From IMG/VR virus record IMGVR_UViG_3300048930_000283: a DNA stretch of 64,000 nucleotides. One strand, 5' to 3'. Origin of the DNA: a virus (Duplodnaviria > Heunggongvirae > Uroviricota > Caudoviricetes). Made by a program: the position numbers and the translations under genes. The number at the start of each line of letters is the position of its first letter. The first letter of the stretch is position 1. Shown piece after piece: positions 18,003-28,006 of this stretch. Below the pieces are notes generated by a model. It did no database searches. It was not told the origin of the DNA and saw only the letters and a list, made by a program, of their open reading frames with translations.

Positions 18003-19001
18003 CTACTTAATGCTTAGGTGTGCAGTTATCAGTTTCTCTGCGTAACCAACAAGCCAGGAGATATTTGGAACCTCCAAATTCTCATAATACTTAAGTTGTA
18101 CCAATGGCGCCGGATCTACGGGACCACCAAAGGTGTTATTCGGAAACAGTTCTCGATAACAGTTTGTCTCACTGCCTCGTAGTACAGGTTTGCATCCGTT
18201 GAGTACCGCCTCAACCACACCATAACCAAAGGTTTCTTGTTTAGCGAATGAAACCACATACTCACACTGCTGCTCGATCTTAAATAGGTCATCACGTGTG
18301 CTTGGCTTTTGAATTAGTAGGTTACTCATTTTCCATTTATCTTCATTGGCAAATGCCATGAATAGAATATTTGGATTAGAATCTACGTAGGCGATGAAGT
18401 CATCTACACCTTTATCTGGATCCATTCTAAGTGGCATAACCGCAGTGTTTTTCACACGCTCTAACTTCTGATATTCAGCATTTCTCACAATTGGCAGCAG
18501 GCTAGTTATTGGTAGATACGAAGTAACATATTTACCTGTGCTGCACTTCTTAGCCATCAGCTTGGTAATAACCTCAGAGCCGCAGAAAATTGCATCGTAG
18601 CATTCAGCCCATGAAGATTCGGCGTAGTGAGCCCAATTCTTATATTCTAGTTCAGAAGCAAAGTCACCAGGTAGTTGACTGGAACCATGATGTATTGTAT
18701 AGAATTTGATATTCTGCAATCCCATTCTGGCAACCCAAAACTTCATCTGTACCACCATTGGGTTCCAAAAATCAACTATAAAAATCTTGTCACCTTCCAT
18801 TAGCGGTAGATGCATGAATTCTTCTAGCATTCTACCCCAGTACCAAAGTACCTCTTTTTCTTTACCTGGAATGTGAACCAACCCACCATCACCATGAATC
18901 AGTGAATGGGAATACGACAACCCTTGAGTTTTAAATTCGTTAAATAGTGGTTTAAGAATTGTATCATCGTGATACGCCAACGAACCAAGTACATAAATCA
19001 T
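18003..19001 (-). CDS. GT-B (GT4-like) glycosyltransferase
   Basis: SFAKQETFGYGVVEAVLNGCKPV signature; DFWNP. Confidence 0.75.
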   Translation of the reverse strand: MIYVLGSLAYHDDTILKPLFNEFKTQGLSYSHSLIHGDGGLVHIPGKEKEVLWYWGRMLEEFMHLPLMEGDKIFIVDFWNPMVVQMKFWVARMGLQNIKFYTIHHGSSQLPGDFASELEYKNWAHYAESSWAECYDAIFCGSEVITKLMAKKCSTGKYVTSYLPITSLLPIVRNAEYQKLERVKNTAVMPLRMDPDKGVDDFIAYVDSNPNILFMAFANEDKWKMSNLLIQKPSTRDDLFKIEQQCEYVVSFAKQETFGYGVVEAVLNGCKPVLRGSETNCYRELFPNNTFGGPVDPAPLVQLKYYENLEVPNISWLVGYAEKLITAHLSIK

Positions 19002-19861
19002 GCCAAATCCCTTATCTGCTGTAGTTTATTCATCTGCTCCTCAATCTCACTAGTGAAGAACATAGGACCAAATCCGTCACCATTCCACCCAAGTAAAGCC
19101 CACTGTATTTGTAGATAGAACAGGTCACCACTGTTAAATGGAATCCAATCTAACTCAACCGAATCGTTTATGATAATTTTGTCTGTATTAACATACTTGT
19201 CGTAACCACAAATACACTGCACACCACCAATGTCCCACTCAGTTATTTGCTGGTATGTCTTAACATTTTTGACTTCACCCAATTCACCATTAATTGACAT
19301 AACTAAACCAAGTAGGTGTGATCCTAAATCATACACCTGCCACTTATTCTCCTTTGTTGCTGCTGGAGGTGGCCAGCCATGAACAAATTGAATCTTTTTG
19401 ATCCTATGAACGCCTAGTAGAGACGGATGATAACACCATTCAATTCCATAATGAACATTGTCTGAAATCTTAGGTATTGGATCTCCGTAGGTCACTAACG
19501 GTTTTTCACATATAACTATAGAATCTCTGTCAATGGTGTTCAGATAATCTGCGTGTGTGTAGTCGGGTGTAGCAATAATGAATAGATCCGCCTTATGTGG
19601 CATCCCATGATCTACAATATGATTCAGTGTGGTTTGAATCTTTGTATTGGAGATGTCTATAGTATCCTTAATTGGTCCCCATGAATTCTCCCAAATGTTG
19701 CTTAAGAATGGTTCAAGAGCAGTATTCATCACATCTACAAGATGAATAGTTCCTTCACCATTGTGATTATCAATTAGATATTTGGCAGCAGATAAAGCAT
19801 GCGCCTTACCAACACCACCACAACCAATGATACAGATACTAGGCGACTTGCGGCTTGTCAT
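18998..19861 (-). CDS. Gfo/Idh/MocA-family NAD(P)-dependent oxidoreductase
   Basis: IIGCGGVG Rossmann motif, IATPDYTH, CEKP. Confidence 0.8.
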   Translation of the reverse strand: MTSRKSPSICIIGCGGVGKAHALSAAKYLIDNHNGEGTIHLVDVMNTALEPFLSNIWENSWGPIKDTIDISNTKIQTTLNHIVDHGMPHKADLFIIATPDYTHADYLNTIDRDSIVICEKPLVTYGDPIPKISDNVHYGIEWCYHPSLLGVHRIKKIQFVHGWPPPAATKENKWQVYDLGSHLLGLVMSINGELGEVKNVKTYQQITEWDIGGVQCICGYDKYVNTDKIIINDSVELDWIPFNSGDLFYLQIQWALLGWNGDGFGPMFFTSEIEEQMNKLQQIRDLA

Positions 19862-21296
19862 ATACTAAAGGATCCACAGCATTATTCATAGAAAAGGCTA
19901 TTTGGCGCATGACACACGGCCCGCACTCGCCGCACGGATTTGCATAATCATGATAGCAAGACCAAGTTTTGTCGTAAGGAACACCAATCTCAAGACCAAG
20001 TTTTACAATCTCCTGTTTCATCATATTTACCAAAGGTGCTTCAACACGAATCTTGGTGTTATTCTGCACTGAATACGGAACCAATGCATTTAACTTCTCA
20101 ATGAAATCTAGTGAATTATCAGGATATGCGGCCTGTTCGGTTAAATTAGCACCCAACTGAACTGTCGTACAGCCTAAGTCTTCGGCAATACCAATTGCAA
20201 TGGACATCATGATTAGGTTACGAGCATTTACATACTCGTGGGCATACTCAATTCCCTTATCGCCAATTGATATGTCGCCAGAATGACCTAGTATAGGCGA
20301 CTTCATACCAGCGAATACTGGGCTAATATCAACGAACTTGTACTGACATTTTAAGTGCTCAGCGATCTGAACAATTCTTTCCTTCTCTCTATCTTCTGCC
20401 TTGCATCCGTAATGATAATGCAGTAAAACTGTGTTGTCTGCACCGTACTTTCTACATGCTAATGTAGCTACAGTAGTAGAATCTAACCCACTAGAGCACA
20501 CGATTAATGCTTTTTCCTTACCTTGTTTCTTGTATAGATTTCCTGGATGCTTAATCTGATTGGTTAAAGAATACACCATCTCTTCAAATGTCTTATCATA
20601 TGAAAGTGTTATCGATGTATAGGCAGGAACATCATAAAATGCAACCTCTTTAGACGAAACTTCAAGTAGTGCATCCTTAACATTTGCCCACCAAATCAAC
20701 TTATTCTCAAAATCAACCATTACATGAAGTGGCAAATAATTCTTGAATAGTACTACTTGCTGGTCATGTTCATCCCATAGTGCGCCTGAATATGAACCAA
20801 TTATCTTTTCTTCTTGTAGCGCCCTATTTATGGAGTATGTATCTTCATTTAAAAATACTGTTGAGTCAATTGGAATATTAGTTAACCTAGTTGATGAATC
20901 CATATGAAAATAGTTGAACTCCTTGTTCAGCTTATCATCATTAGCAATTGTCCCATTATGAACCACCATTCTATGGAAATCAGAATCAATTTTGATTACA
21001 TATGGTTGCAGATAATCAACACTCATTTCTGCCCCACCCTCAGAGATTGATGTTGGAATTGCACGGACATTAAACATCGCTAACTGAGTTGTTGATAATG
21101 ATAGAGGGTACAATGAACCATCGAGTATCGATGATTGATTTAATTCTTTAGACAGTGATAATTCACCACCATCAAACCCAACCACAGAAAACCCAATTGA
21201 GTCACGACCTCTTTGGGTTAATTTCTCCAGGAATTTTTCAATCGGAACGAACCCATTTTTAGGTTCAAATGCCAATACACCCGCAATTCCACACAT
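19839..21296 (-). CDS. queC: Class II glutamine amidotransferase-QueC fusion (Gat-QueC)
   Basis: N-terminal MCGIAG (Ntn Cys), HNGTI; SSGLDSTT PP-loop; TWSCY...CGECGPC zinc site. Confidence 0.9.
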   Translation of the reverse strand: MCGIAGVLAFEPKNGFVPIEKFLEKLTQRGRDSIGFSVVGFDGGELSLSKELNQSSILDGSLYPLSLSTTQLAMFNVRAIPTSISEGGAEMSVDYLQPYVIKIDSDFHRMVVHNGTIANDDKLNKEFNYFHMDSSTRLTNIPIDSTVFLNEDTYSINRALQEEKIIGSYSGALWDEHDQQVVLFKNYLPLHVMVDFENKLIWWANVKDALLEVSSKEVAFYDVPAYTSITLSYDKTFEEMVYSLTNQIKHPGNLYKKQGKEKALIVCSSGLDSTTVATLACRKYGADNTVLLHYHYGCKAEDREKERIVQIAEHLKCQYKFVDISPVFAGMKSPILGHSGDISIGDKGIEYAHEYVNARNLIMMSIAIGIAEDLGCTTVQLGANLTEQAAYPDNSLDFIEKLNALVPYSVQNNTKIRVEAPLVNMMKQEIVKLGLEIGVPYDKTWSCYHDYANPCGECGPCVMRQIAFSMNNAVDPLVYDKPQVA

Positions 21297-21307
21297 CTTT
21301 TTATCCT

Positions 21308-22096
21308 TTACAGTAAGATACTATCACGACCATTGATATCCAAATTGTTGGCTTTATAGTTACCATCAGCCTGTTTAACCAATTGCAATTTTCTTAGCCT
21401 TTCAACTCTGCTATTTTTCTCTTTACGAAATACTAGTAGATTGTTGTTTTTGATCCCCTGCAAGGCACCAACATTTTTATGCCATGCTTGAAGCTTAAAA
21501 CCAAATTCCTCAGCAATACGGATGTAATTCTTAGGTCCTAATACTCTTCCACAAATTATATCAGTACTGTCATCTGAATACAAATTGATAACCAAAATAC
21601 CATCCTTCCTCATAATTCGGTTAACTTCTAAGAATGCTTCATAGTCTGATCTAACCTGGAACCAACCATTAAGAAACATAACCCCGTAGAATTTATCACT
21701 CCAGTCTGGGTTTAGTGACTCGGCGACTGCATGGTAAACGTTGTCAGGAAATAAGTTGATGTGTGCACCATCAGAATGCATTTTTCTCAACTTATCACAA
21801 AGTGAGTCAACCATGAATGTTGACGCATCCACAGCGTGAGATACCTGAGGGAATGGATATGCCCACTGACCAACACCAAGTTCTAACACTAGGGAATCTG
21901 GGTGCTCAAAAACTAAGGACGACAAGTGTTCCATAACCAATGTTTTAAAATCTCCTGGAAGACCACCCTCTTGTGCGCCACCACCCTGCTTGGCCGCTGC
22001 GTCAGAATCATATTCATCACCAGAAATAGCTTCAACTAAAAAATCAATGTGTTCTTTCTTATAAGTGCCCCATGGAAAAGTCATATTTGTCCTCAA
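21308..22096 (-). CDS. Class I SAM-dependent methyltransferase
   Basis: VLELGVG motif I, HAVDAS, 'EVNRIMRKDGILVI' motif. Confidence 0.75.
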   Translation of the reverse strand: MRTNMTFPWGTYKKEHIDFLVEAISGDEYDSDAAAKQGGGAQEGGLPGDFKTLVMEHLSSLVFEHPDSLVLELGVGQWAYPFPQVSHAVDASTFMVDSLCDKLRKMHSDGAHINLFPDNVYHAVAESLNPDWSDKFYGVMFLNGWFQVRSDYEAFLEVNRIMRKDGILVINLYSDDSTDIICGRVLGPKNYIRIAEEFGFKLQAWHKNVGALQGIKNNNLLVFRKEKNSRVERLRKLQLVKQADGNYKANNLDINGRDSILL

Positions 22097-23319
22097 TTAA
22101 AAAAATCATCTAACGAGACGCCGGAAGAAACTTCGACTGCCTCAAACTTGCGCTCAATAATTTCTTCCCCTCTAGGAATATTATCGAACGCTTCCATAAT
22201 TACTTGCAAATTTCTATTTACCTTAGATGGTAGGATATGATCTCCTAGTTCTGGAATATCACATGCCATTTCAACCAAAACCGAAACCTGTTTGATATAC
22301 TTCTTCATATGGTATATGTTATGCAGAGAACTCCAAGCAAACGCTTCTGCTGTATTTCCCTTCTCATTGTTCATCATACCATGAAAATCCGTTACCTCTT
22401 GACACACTGGGCAATCGCATATGAATCCATCTTCGAAGTCACCTTTACTTAACTTAGACCAATCAACCTGGTTAGTAATAACAATATCAGTGAACCCATC
22501 AAATTTTGAGAACATAAAGTATCGACCAAATGCCGCAGTTCTAACTGGATATGAACTATCAAACGTCAAATCGAAGTTGTATTTCAATTTTGGGTTCTTA
22601 CGAATTGCATGCTTAATAGCTGCGAAGTAAATGCACATTGCAGCGCTTGATACACCAAAGATGTGAAATGCCTTTGCCTTTTCTAGGTAACCAGAAGTAA
22701 GCATGAAGAATAAACCCTTGATGATCTGTTTTGGGTTGCCCTCATGAGACGAACCAACTGCCCAGCCATCCAATTCAACCTTAGAAATCTTGTCAGTCCA
22801 CTTCTTAGTTTCAACTAGGTTTCTACCGTGAGCTACGTTCAAGATGATCTCACCGTTACCTGGTTTTCTTGATTTGTAGTACTGAGCAGATTCATAACTC
22901 AATTTAAGACAGTCATCAAAGTCAGTACCAGCAACTGGGGGAATATCAAGAATGGGGAAGATGTTACCATTTTGGATTGAAATATCAAAAGCGTCTTTGT
23001 TGCCCCATTTATCTAATGTAACTGCACCTGTTGCAATCGAATACCCACCAGAGTCAATGAAGAGCATATTATTTGGGTCTTTATCCAACCCCATAACATC
23101 GGCAAGTGTTTTGCCTTTCTTAACAGCAGATCTAAAATGGAACGCACTGAATAGTAGATCCCCATGGTGAAAATAGGAATTCACATTCTTTTTATAGAAT
23201 CGAATATCCTTGGTGGTACCGATGTTTTTATAGTAATCTGGCAACGAACCAGTTTCATTATATTTTTTGAGAACGTGCAGCAGGTTCCCAGACATCGCAA
23301 GTAGGTATCTAGTTCTCAT
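22093..23319 (-). CDS. dpdA: DpdA/TGT-like guanine transglycosylase
   Basis: FIDSGGYS, ILDIPP, HIFGVS, FDSS, CDCPVC...HN zinc site; adjacent to folE and queC. Confidence 0.75.
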   Translation of the reverse strand: MRTRYLLAMSGNLLHVLKKYNETGSLPDYYKNIGTTKDIRFYKKNVNSYFHHGDLLFSAFHFRSAVKKGKTLADVMGLDKDPNNMLFIDSGGYSIATGAVTLDKWGNKDAFDISIQNGNIFPILDIPPVAGTDFDDCLKLSYESAQYYKSRKPGNGEIILNVAHGRNLVETKKWTDKISKVELDGWAVGSSHEGNPKQIIKGLFFMLTSGYLEKAKAFHIFGVSSAAMCIYFAAIKHAIRKNPKLKYNFDLTFDSSYPVRTAAFGRYFMFSKFDGFTDIVITNQVDWSKLSKGDFEDGFICDCPVCQEVTDFHGMMNNEKGNTAEAFAWSSLHNIYHMKKYIKQVSVLVEMACDIPELGDHILPSKVNRNLQVIMEAFDNIPRGEEIIERKFEAVEVSSGVSLDDFFN

Positions 23320-23981
23320 TATGACTGTTTCAGTGCAAGTGAATAAAATTCTTGTCTTACTGTTGGATTATTCATGAATTCACCACTCAAACAAGAAACA
23401 ACCATTGTGGCATCATCGTTTTCCACACCACGCCATTTAACACAGTAATGAGATGCATCAATATAGACAGCTACGTCGTTTGAACCAAGAATGAATTTCA
23501 ATGTCTCCAGGACCTGCATCCCATATCTCTCTTGTTCCTGTGGTCTACGAGCAAAGAAATCAACCACTCGATTGATTTTGGATAACCCAAGAACTTTAGA
23601 ATTGGGTATGTATCCAACTACTGCTGTACCAATGGTAGGCACAAAGTGATGACTACATGCCGAGTTAACCTTAATCCCCTTCTCCACAACCATTCCAGCA
23701 TTCTTAAATGAATTTTCAAAGGTCATGATTTTGGGGAAATGCTCGTAATTAAGTCCCTTAAACACCTCATCTACATACATCTTAGCAATTCTTCGTGGTG
23801 TATCTCTCAAGGAATCATTGGTTGCATCCAATCCTAGGGCAACCATAATTTCCTTAACATTTTGCTCAATGATAACTTTCTTGTCATGATCTGTTAATGC
23901 ATTGGGGATTGTGGGAGTTTCCAAACCCAAAGACATTAAGTGTTCATGTACCTTCCAACCTAATTCTGAATCATAGCTCAT
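23319..23981 (-). CDS. folE: GTP cyclohydrolase I
   Basis: LRDTPRRIAKMY, CSHHFVP, GLSKINR, RPQEQER, HYCVKWRGV. Confidence 0.95.
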   Translation of the reverse strand: MSYDSELGWKVHEHLMSLGLETPTIPNALTDHDKKVIIEQNVKEIMVALGLDATNDSLRDTPRRIAKMYVDEVFKGLNYEHFPKIMTFENSFKNAGMVVEKGIKVNSACSHHFVPTIGTAVVGYIPNSKVLGLSKINRVVDFFARRPQEQERYGMQVLETLKFILGSNDVAVYIDASHYCVKWRGVENDDATMVVSCLSGEFMNNPTVRQEFYSLALKQS

Positions 23982-24167
23982 TTATTCTCCTTCTGGCACT
24001 CTATCACGATACTTCCAAACCAATTCGTCGCTGTGTCCCCAGTCCCGAATTGCCCAAACATAATCCAACCAAATTATTTCATCCTTATCCTCAAGACGAA
24101 CTGGATACCAGGCGAACCATAGGTTCCATCTATTTGGGTCAAATCTAGGACTAACTTTAAATCTCAA
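23982..24167 (-). CDS. Small Trp-rich hypothetical protein
   Basis: WFAWYPVRL motif; tight packing. Confidence 0.55.
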   Translation of the reverse strand: MRFKVSPRFDPNRWNLWFAWYPVRLEDKDEIIWLDYVWAIRDWGHSDELVWKYRDRVPEGE

Positions 24168-24721
24168 AATGGCACCTCATCTAACATACCCATAAGAACC
24201 TTAGCCTGACTTTTTGCATCTGATAATGCATTATGCAGGGCCTCGTTGTTTTTGTCACGTTCTGACTTACTTATACCAGCAATATTACATGCAGTCCTAT
24301 AGCACATTACATTTCTATAACTCCATGGTGATTCCATATCAAGATTCTTGTATGCTATTTCCATGATAGGAATATCGTATGCTGCGCCATTTGACCAAAC
24401 ATATGGAGACTTGGTTGTTGAACCAACCCATTTAGATAGTTCAGTTAACGCAGACTTTAGGTCAATTGGTTTTGGGTCTTGCAATGCCTTGATAACATCC
24501 TTAGATTGTTTCTCCCACCAGGATACAGTACTGGCTTCAATACGCATACCATGTTTCTTACAATCTCTAGCATCTACGTTAGTGTAGAATGAGTTTAGAA
24601 TCAATCCACCATTATTGAACTTGAAATGAACCACCCCGATTGACATTATGGCAGCATCTGGCCTCTGTGCCAACGTCTCGAGATCAATCATTAGGTTATC
24701 TGCTTCTAAGAAATGTGTCAT
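24164..24721 (-). CDS. 3'-5' exonuclease, DEDDh (Rv2179c/DUF5051-like)
   Basis: Start moved to MTHFLEAD (ATGA overlap); MIDLET, WSNGAAYD, HNALSDA. Confidence 0.85.
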   Translation of the reverse strand: MTHFLEADNLMIDLETLAQRPDAAIMSIGVVHFKFNNGGLILNSFYTNVDARDCKKHGMRIEASTVSWWEKQSKDVIKALQDPKPIDLKSALTELSKWVGSTTKSPYVWSNGAAYDIPIMEIAYKNLDMESPWSYRNVMCYRTACNIAGISKSERDKNNEALHNALSDAKSQAKVLMGMLDEVPF

Positions 24722-25026
24722 TTGTCCTCGCAAAGTCTTTTCATAACTTCGAATGCATTTCGGCACTCTTTTAGTCCAGGATGCTGCTCGCACAGGTCAT
24801 CCAACTTCTTTTCCTCTTCCATCTTTCGTTTCACCCATTCTATAGCATCGGCTGTCTCCTGGTTCAAGGCAACACTACTACCTAAATATGATGAAGATGC
24901 CACACCACTACCACCATTGAATGTTTTCATTAATTTTGTCTCGTTGTCCCAGAAGAGAGCTCCAGAATCGGGTGGGACTCCAAAATAGAGAATATCAATA
25001 CCGTATCCAGCTTGTGTATTATACAT
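24718..25026 (-). CDS. Hypothetical protein
   Basis: ORF with overlaps at both ends. Confidence 0.55.
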   Translation of the reverse strand: MYNTQAGYGIDILYFGVPPDSGALFWDNETKLMKTFNGGSGVASSSYLGSSVALNQETADAIEWVKRKMEEEKKLDDLCEQHPGLKECRNAFEVMKRLCEDK

Positions 25027-25384
25027 TTTTTGACCACAAATACCAATCGGGATCCTTCTTGTATTTTACGAACCCACGATCGGTGTAGAATTTTCTGAGT
25101 TGCTTTTTGTTCAATTTATCACCATCACCATAAGGACACACCCTAATAAACAACTTCAATTTTTGACGTACTGCATATTTCTTCACGAGATCAATTATCT
25201 TAGATGCTTTGCCTTTACCCCTGTGTTTGGGTTCGATGTACAGGTTAGTTAACTCTACCATTCTCTGATCGTTAAACGTATTTACGTCTCCGATCTTAGG
25301 TGGATATATCAATTCGACGGTCGCCCCGGGGCAGTTAAACTCCTTATTCCAATGTCTACCAGTTTCTAAAATCAACACACCCAT
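25019..25384 (-). CDS. GNAT acetyltransferase
   Basis: LYIEPKHRGKGKAS acetyl-CoA motif; FYTDRGF. Confidence 0.8.
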   Translation of the reverse strand: MGVLILETGRHWNKEFNCPGATVELIYPPKIGDVNTFNDQRMVELTNLYIEPKHRGKGKASKIIDLVKKYAVRQKLKLFIRVCPYGDGDKLNKKQLRKFYTDRGFVKYKKDPDWYLWSKNV

Positions 25385-25414
25385 AAATCACATTAATATT
25401 CATACACATAGTAC

Positions 25415-25443
25415 ATTATAACAGTAAAACTATTTTAACTCAA
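25415..25443 (-). promoter_or_regulatory. Sigma70-type promoter
   Basis: TTGAGT-N17-TATAAT with extended -10 (TGT). Confidence 0.7.
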
Positions 25444-26016
25444 ATTTGCTACCTTATCACAGAGCCCCAGTTCCAGTGCCTCTGCGGATGACAGGTAAAT
25501 GTCTTCTGGTGGGAGTAGATACTTCTTAATCTTAGCTTCCGGGAGTCCAGTGCAGACCCTGTAATGAGCCATCATTCGATCTGCGGTTAACTGAAATTCC
25601 TTAGCGATAGAAAATAATTCATGTTCCTTTCCCAGTGCCCCTGCTGTAAATCTATGTGATAATATACTAGTATTGGGTGTCAATGTTCGCATTCCTTTTG
25701 TACCTGCCATAAAAATCATAAGCCCTGCGCTACTTATTTCGCCGAGACCAATAGTTCTAATAGGAATATGGGATGATCTCATAATATCAATTAACGCAAA
25801 CGCCCCTCTTAGATCACCCCCACTTGAACAAACCAAAAGATTCAACACCGATGGCCTATTGTCTGAGAAATTAGATTCTATGATCCACTGCATTGCTTCC
25901 TTAACCACGCCATCTTCAATATCACTCACCAAAAGGAAAAAGGACGAAGATAAATTTGCTATCTTGAAGTCCTTTTTATTTAACTGACTGAACATTTGCG
26001 TTAATTCACGACTCAT
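25435..26016 (-). CDS. ClpP-like serine protease subunit
   Basis: CSSGGD, GLGEISSAG (catalytic Ser), ILSH, YLSSAEALELGLCD. Confidence 0.85.
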   Translation of the reverse strand: MSRELTQMFSQLNKKDFKIANLSSSFFLLVSDIEDGVVKEAMQWIIESNFSDNRPSVLNLLVCSSGGDLRGAFALIDIMRSSHIPIRTIGLGEISSAGLMIFMAGTKGMRTLTPNTSILSHRFTAGALGKEHELFSIAKEFQLTADRMMAHYRVCTGLPEAKIKKYLLPPEDIYLSSAEALELGLCDKVANLS

Positions 26017-26653
26017 TATTCCTTCTCCATTTAGTTAGAATATCTTTTACATCACCACGCCAATTCATTCTGTTTTCCACAAAGAACTGAGCAGGTTGAT
26101 TCTCCACCGCGATCAAAATCACAACCTGAGGAATCTTTACTGAGTACAACTCCTCAACCATATAACTATATATGCTAGTTTGAAGGAAGTAACTTTTAAT
26201 CCACTCCTTCTTCTTGGATTTTCCTGATGTCTTAAAGTCAATAATTGATGGGATATCATCAAACGATCCCACGCAGTCGACTGTACCGGCAAGACCCATT
26301 GACTTACTGTATAGAGGTGCTTCTAGTAAATTGACTTCGGTTATTCTATTCAGAAGAGGTTTGATCGTTTTTCTCAAGCCAATTTGCAGTGGGTTGTTAG
26401 TTCTTACTTCCTTCTGATAAAGATAGGATTCAATCCACTCGTGCAATTCGGTGCCCCTACTAGTGGCAGCTTTGCTTATTTTATCTGCTTCCTTCTCACC
26501 GACCCGTTGTTTCCACTCAGCAACATCAAAGTCACTGAACATGGAAAGGAGTGTGGTAACAGATAGGTATTGCTCACCATCAACCACATATTTTCTACCC
26601 TCGAGTGTATCTATTTTAGGTATGTGATACTGCTTCCAAAGATTCAAATTCAT
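26006..26653 (-). CDS. PD-(D/E)XK exonuclease (Cas4/exoA-like)
   Basis: SVTTLL, RGTELH, GTVDC, IIDFKTS, YFLQ; start moved to MNLNLW downstream of the promoter. Confidence 0.85.
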   Translation of the reverse strand: MNLNLWKQYHIPKIDTLEGRKYVVDGEQYLSVTTLLSMFSDFDVAEWKQRVGEKEADKISKAATSRGTELHEWIESYLYQKEVRTNNPLQIGLRKTIKPLLNRITEVNLLEAPLYSKSMGLAGTVDCVGSFDDIPSIIDFKTSGKSKKKEWIKSYFLQTSIYSYMVEELYSVKIPQVVILIAVENQPAQFFVENRMNWRGDVKDILTKWRRNNES

Positions 26654-26659
26654 TATTAA

Positions 26660-26688
26660 ATTATAACAGTGAATCAAAATAGTATCAA
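26660..26688 (-). promoter_or_regulatory. Sigma70-type promoter
   Basis: TTGATA-N17-TATAAT with extended -10. Confidence 0.7.
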
Positions 26689-26691
26689 AAT

Positions 26692-27171
26692 TTAACTAAC
26701 GGGATCTAAGAACAATGCCCGCTCAGCCTTCCTTCTTCTTAGTAAACCTGCTTCAGATCCTTTTGTTCTGTACCAAACTAAAAATTGATCCGCAGCACCC
26801 TGATAATCACCTTCGTTTAGTTTTCTAAGTAGTGTAGATGGAGAGCCGTTTCTCAAGGTAATTATTCCACTCTTACCATTCTTCATACCAGGACCCACAT
26901 TATAAACAATGGACACCATAGCATCAAATTGGTTTTGATTTAGAGGAACTTTCACATTTTTATTCACCATATCTTCAAACCTAGCAACATCTAACTCTAA
27001 CCATATAGTGGCCTCTTCTTTGGTGCAGGTGTCTGTCTCTCTAACTGGTCTATCGTGTATTCTTGTGGTGCCCCAGCCTATGGTCCAAACTCCACCAGTA
27101 TCTTGATATGCCTTCTCTCTGAACCCCTCAAATTCCTTGATTAGTTCTAATCCTCGTTTTCCTACAATCAT
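26692..27171 (-). CDS. Lysozyme/endolysin (GH24)
   Basis: IKEFEG...YQDTGGVWTIGWGTT; QFDAMVS..YNVG; GLLRRRKAE. Confidence 0.92.
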   Translation of the reverse strand: MIVGKRGLELIKEFEGFREKAYQDTGGVWTIGWGTTRIHDRPVRETDTCTKEEATIWLELDVARFEDMVNKNVKVPLNQNQFDAMVSIVYNVGPGMKNGKSGIITLRNGSPSTLLRKLNEGDYQGAADQFLVWYRTKGSEAGLLRRRKAERALFLDPVS

Positions 27172-27881
27172 CAGTATCCCATCCTGTGTTTATTGATTAT
27201 GTATTCCCTGACAATTGATGATCTGACTATATCATCCTCACTAAACTCAACGTGTCGGAATTTGGATATTCGTTTCAGGATATCCAAAAACTTTGAGATT
27301 CCATTTATGTCATCTTTCTTTATCAAGTCTGTCTGTGATTTATCTCCACAAAACACTATTTTGCAATCATCACCTAGGCGGGTTATTATAGAATCCAATT
27401 CGTGAAAATTCATGTCTTGGCATTCATCTACAATCAATATTGCATTTTTCAAAGTGATACCGCGAATGAACGAAGTTGGAATAAACTCATACATATCTTG
27501 CTCTTTCAATCTCAACATAACATCATCAACGTTAGGCATCAGTTCTCTAAAGATAGCTATATATGGTTGTTCATACACTGCAATCTTTTCTTCTTCACTA
27601 CCAGGCAGATAACCAATATCTCTAACAGGAACTATACTTCTAACTACTACTAACTTTTTATAAGGTGTTTCTCTACTTAGGATATCCTTAAGCGCTAGAT
27701 ATATTGCTAAGAATGTTTTTCCTGACCCTGCCATACCATGCAAAACTAAATTATTCTCCCATTCAGCAAATACTCTCCCCTGATTATTTGTTAGTGGTTG
27801 TATCTTAATCAATGAATCATAACGTATCTTTTTTGTACTTACTACTCGTGGGATTGAGTCTTTTTGAGCAGTTCTACCCAT
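27171..27881 (-). CDS. phoH: PhoH-family ATPase
   Basis: Start moved to MGRTAQK (RBS AGGAG); GMAGSGKT, SFIRGIT, IVDECQ, GDKSQTD, DIVRS. Confidence 0.92.
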   Translation of the reverse strand: MGRTAQKDSIPRVVSTKKIRYDSLIKIQPLTNNQGRVFAEWENNLVLHGMAGSGKTFLAIYLALKDILSRETPYKKLVVVRSIVPVRDIGYLPGSEEEKIAVYEQPYIAIFRELMPNVDDVMLRLKEQDMYEFIPTSFIRGITLKNAILIVDECQDMNFHELDSIITRLGDDCKIVFCGDKSQTDLIKKDDINGISKFLDILKRISKFRHVEFSEDDIVRSSIVREYIINKHRMGY

Positions 27882-27993
27882 TGATTCTCCTTCGGTGGGA
27901 CTAAAAACAAAAAGGCGAAGATTCCTATTCCTCGCCTTTGATGTTCTTTGGTTGCAAACTTTCATTTAACTTAATATGTTTATTGTCTCCTTT

Positions 27994-28001
27994 TATTTAT
28001 G
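27994..28001 (-). promoter_or_regulatory. Late promoter-like CATAAATA
   Basis: Intergenic, upstream of phoH and lysozyme. Confidence 0.4.
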
Positions 28002-28006
28002 TTTTC

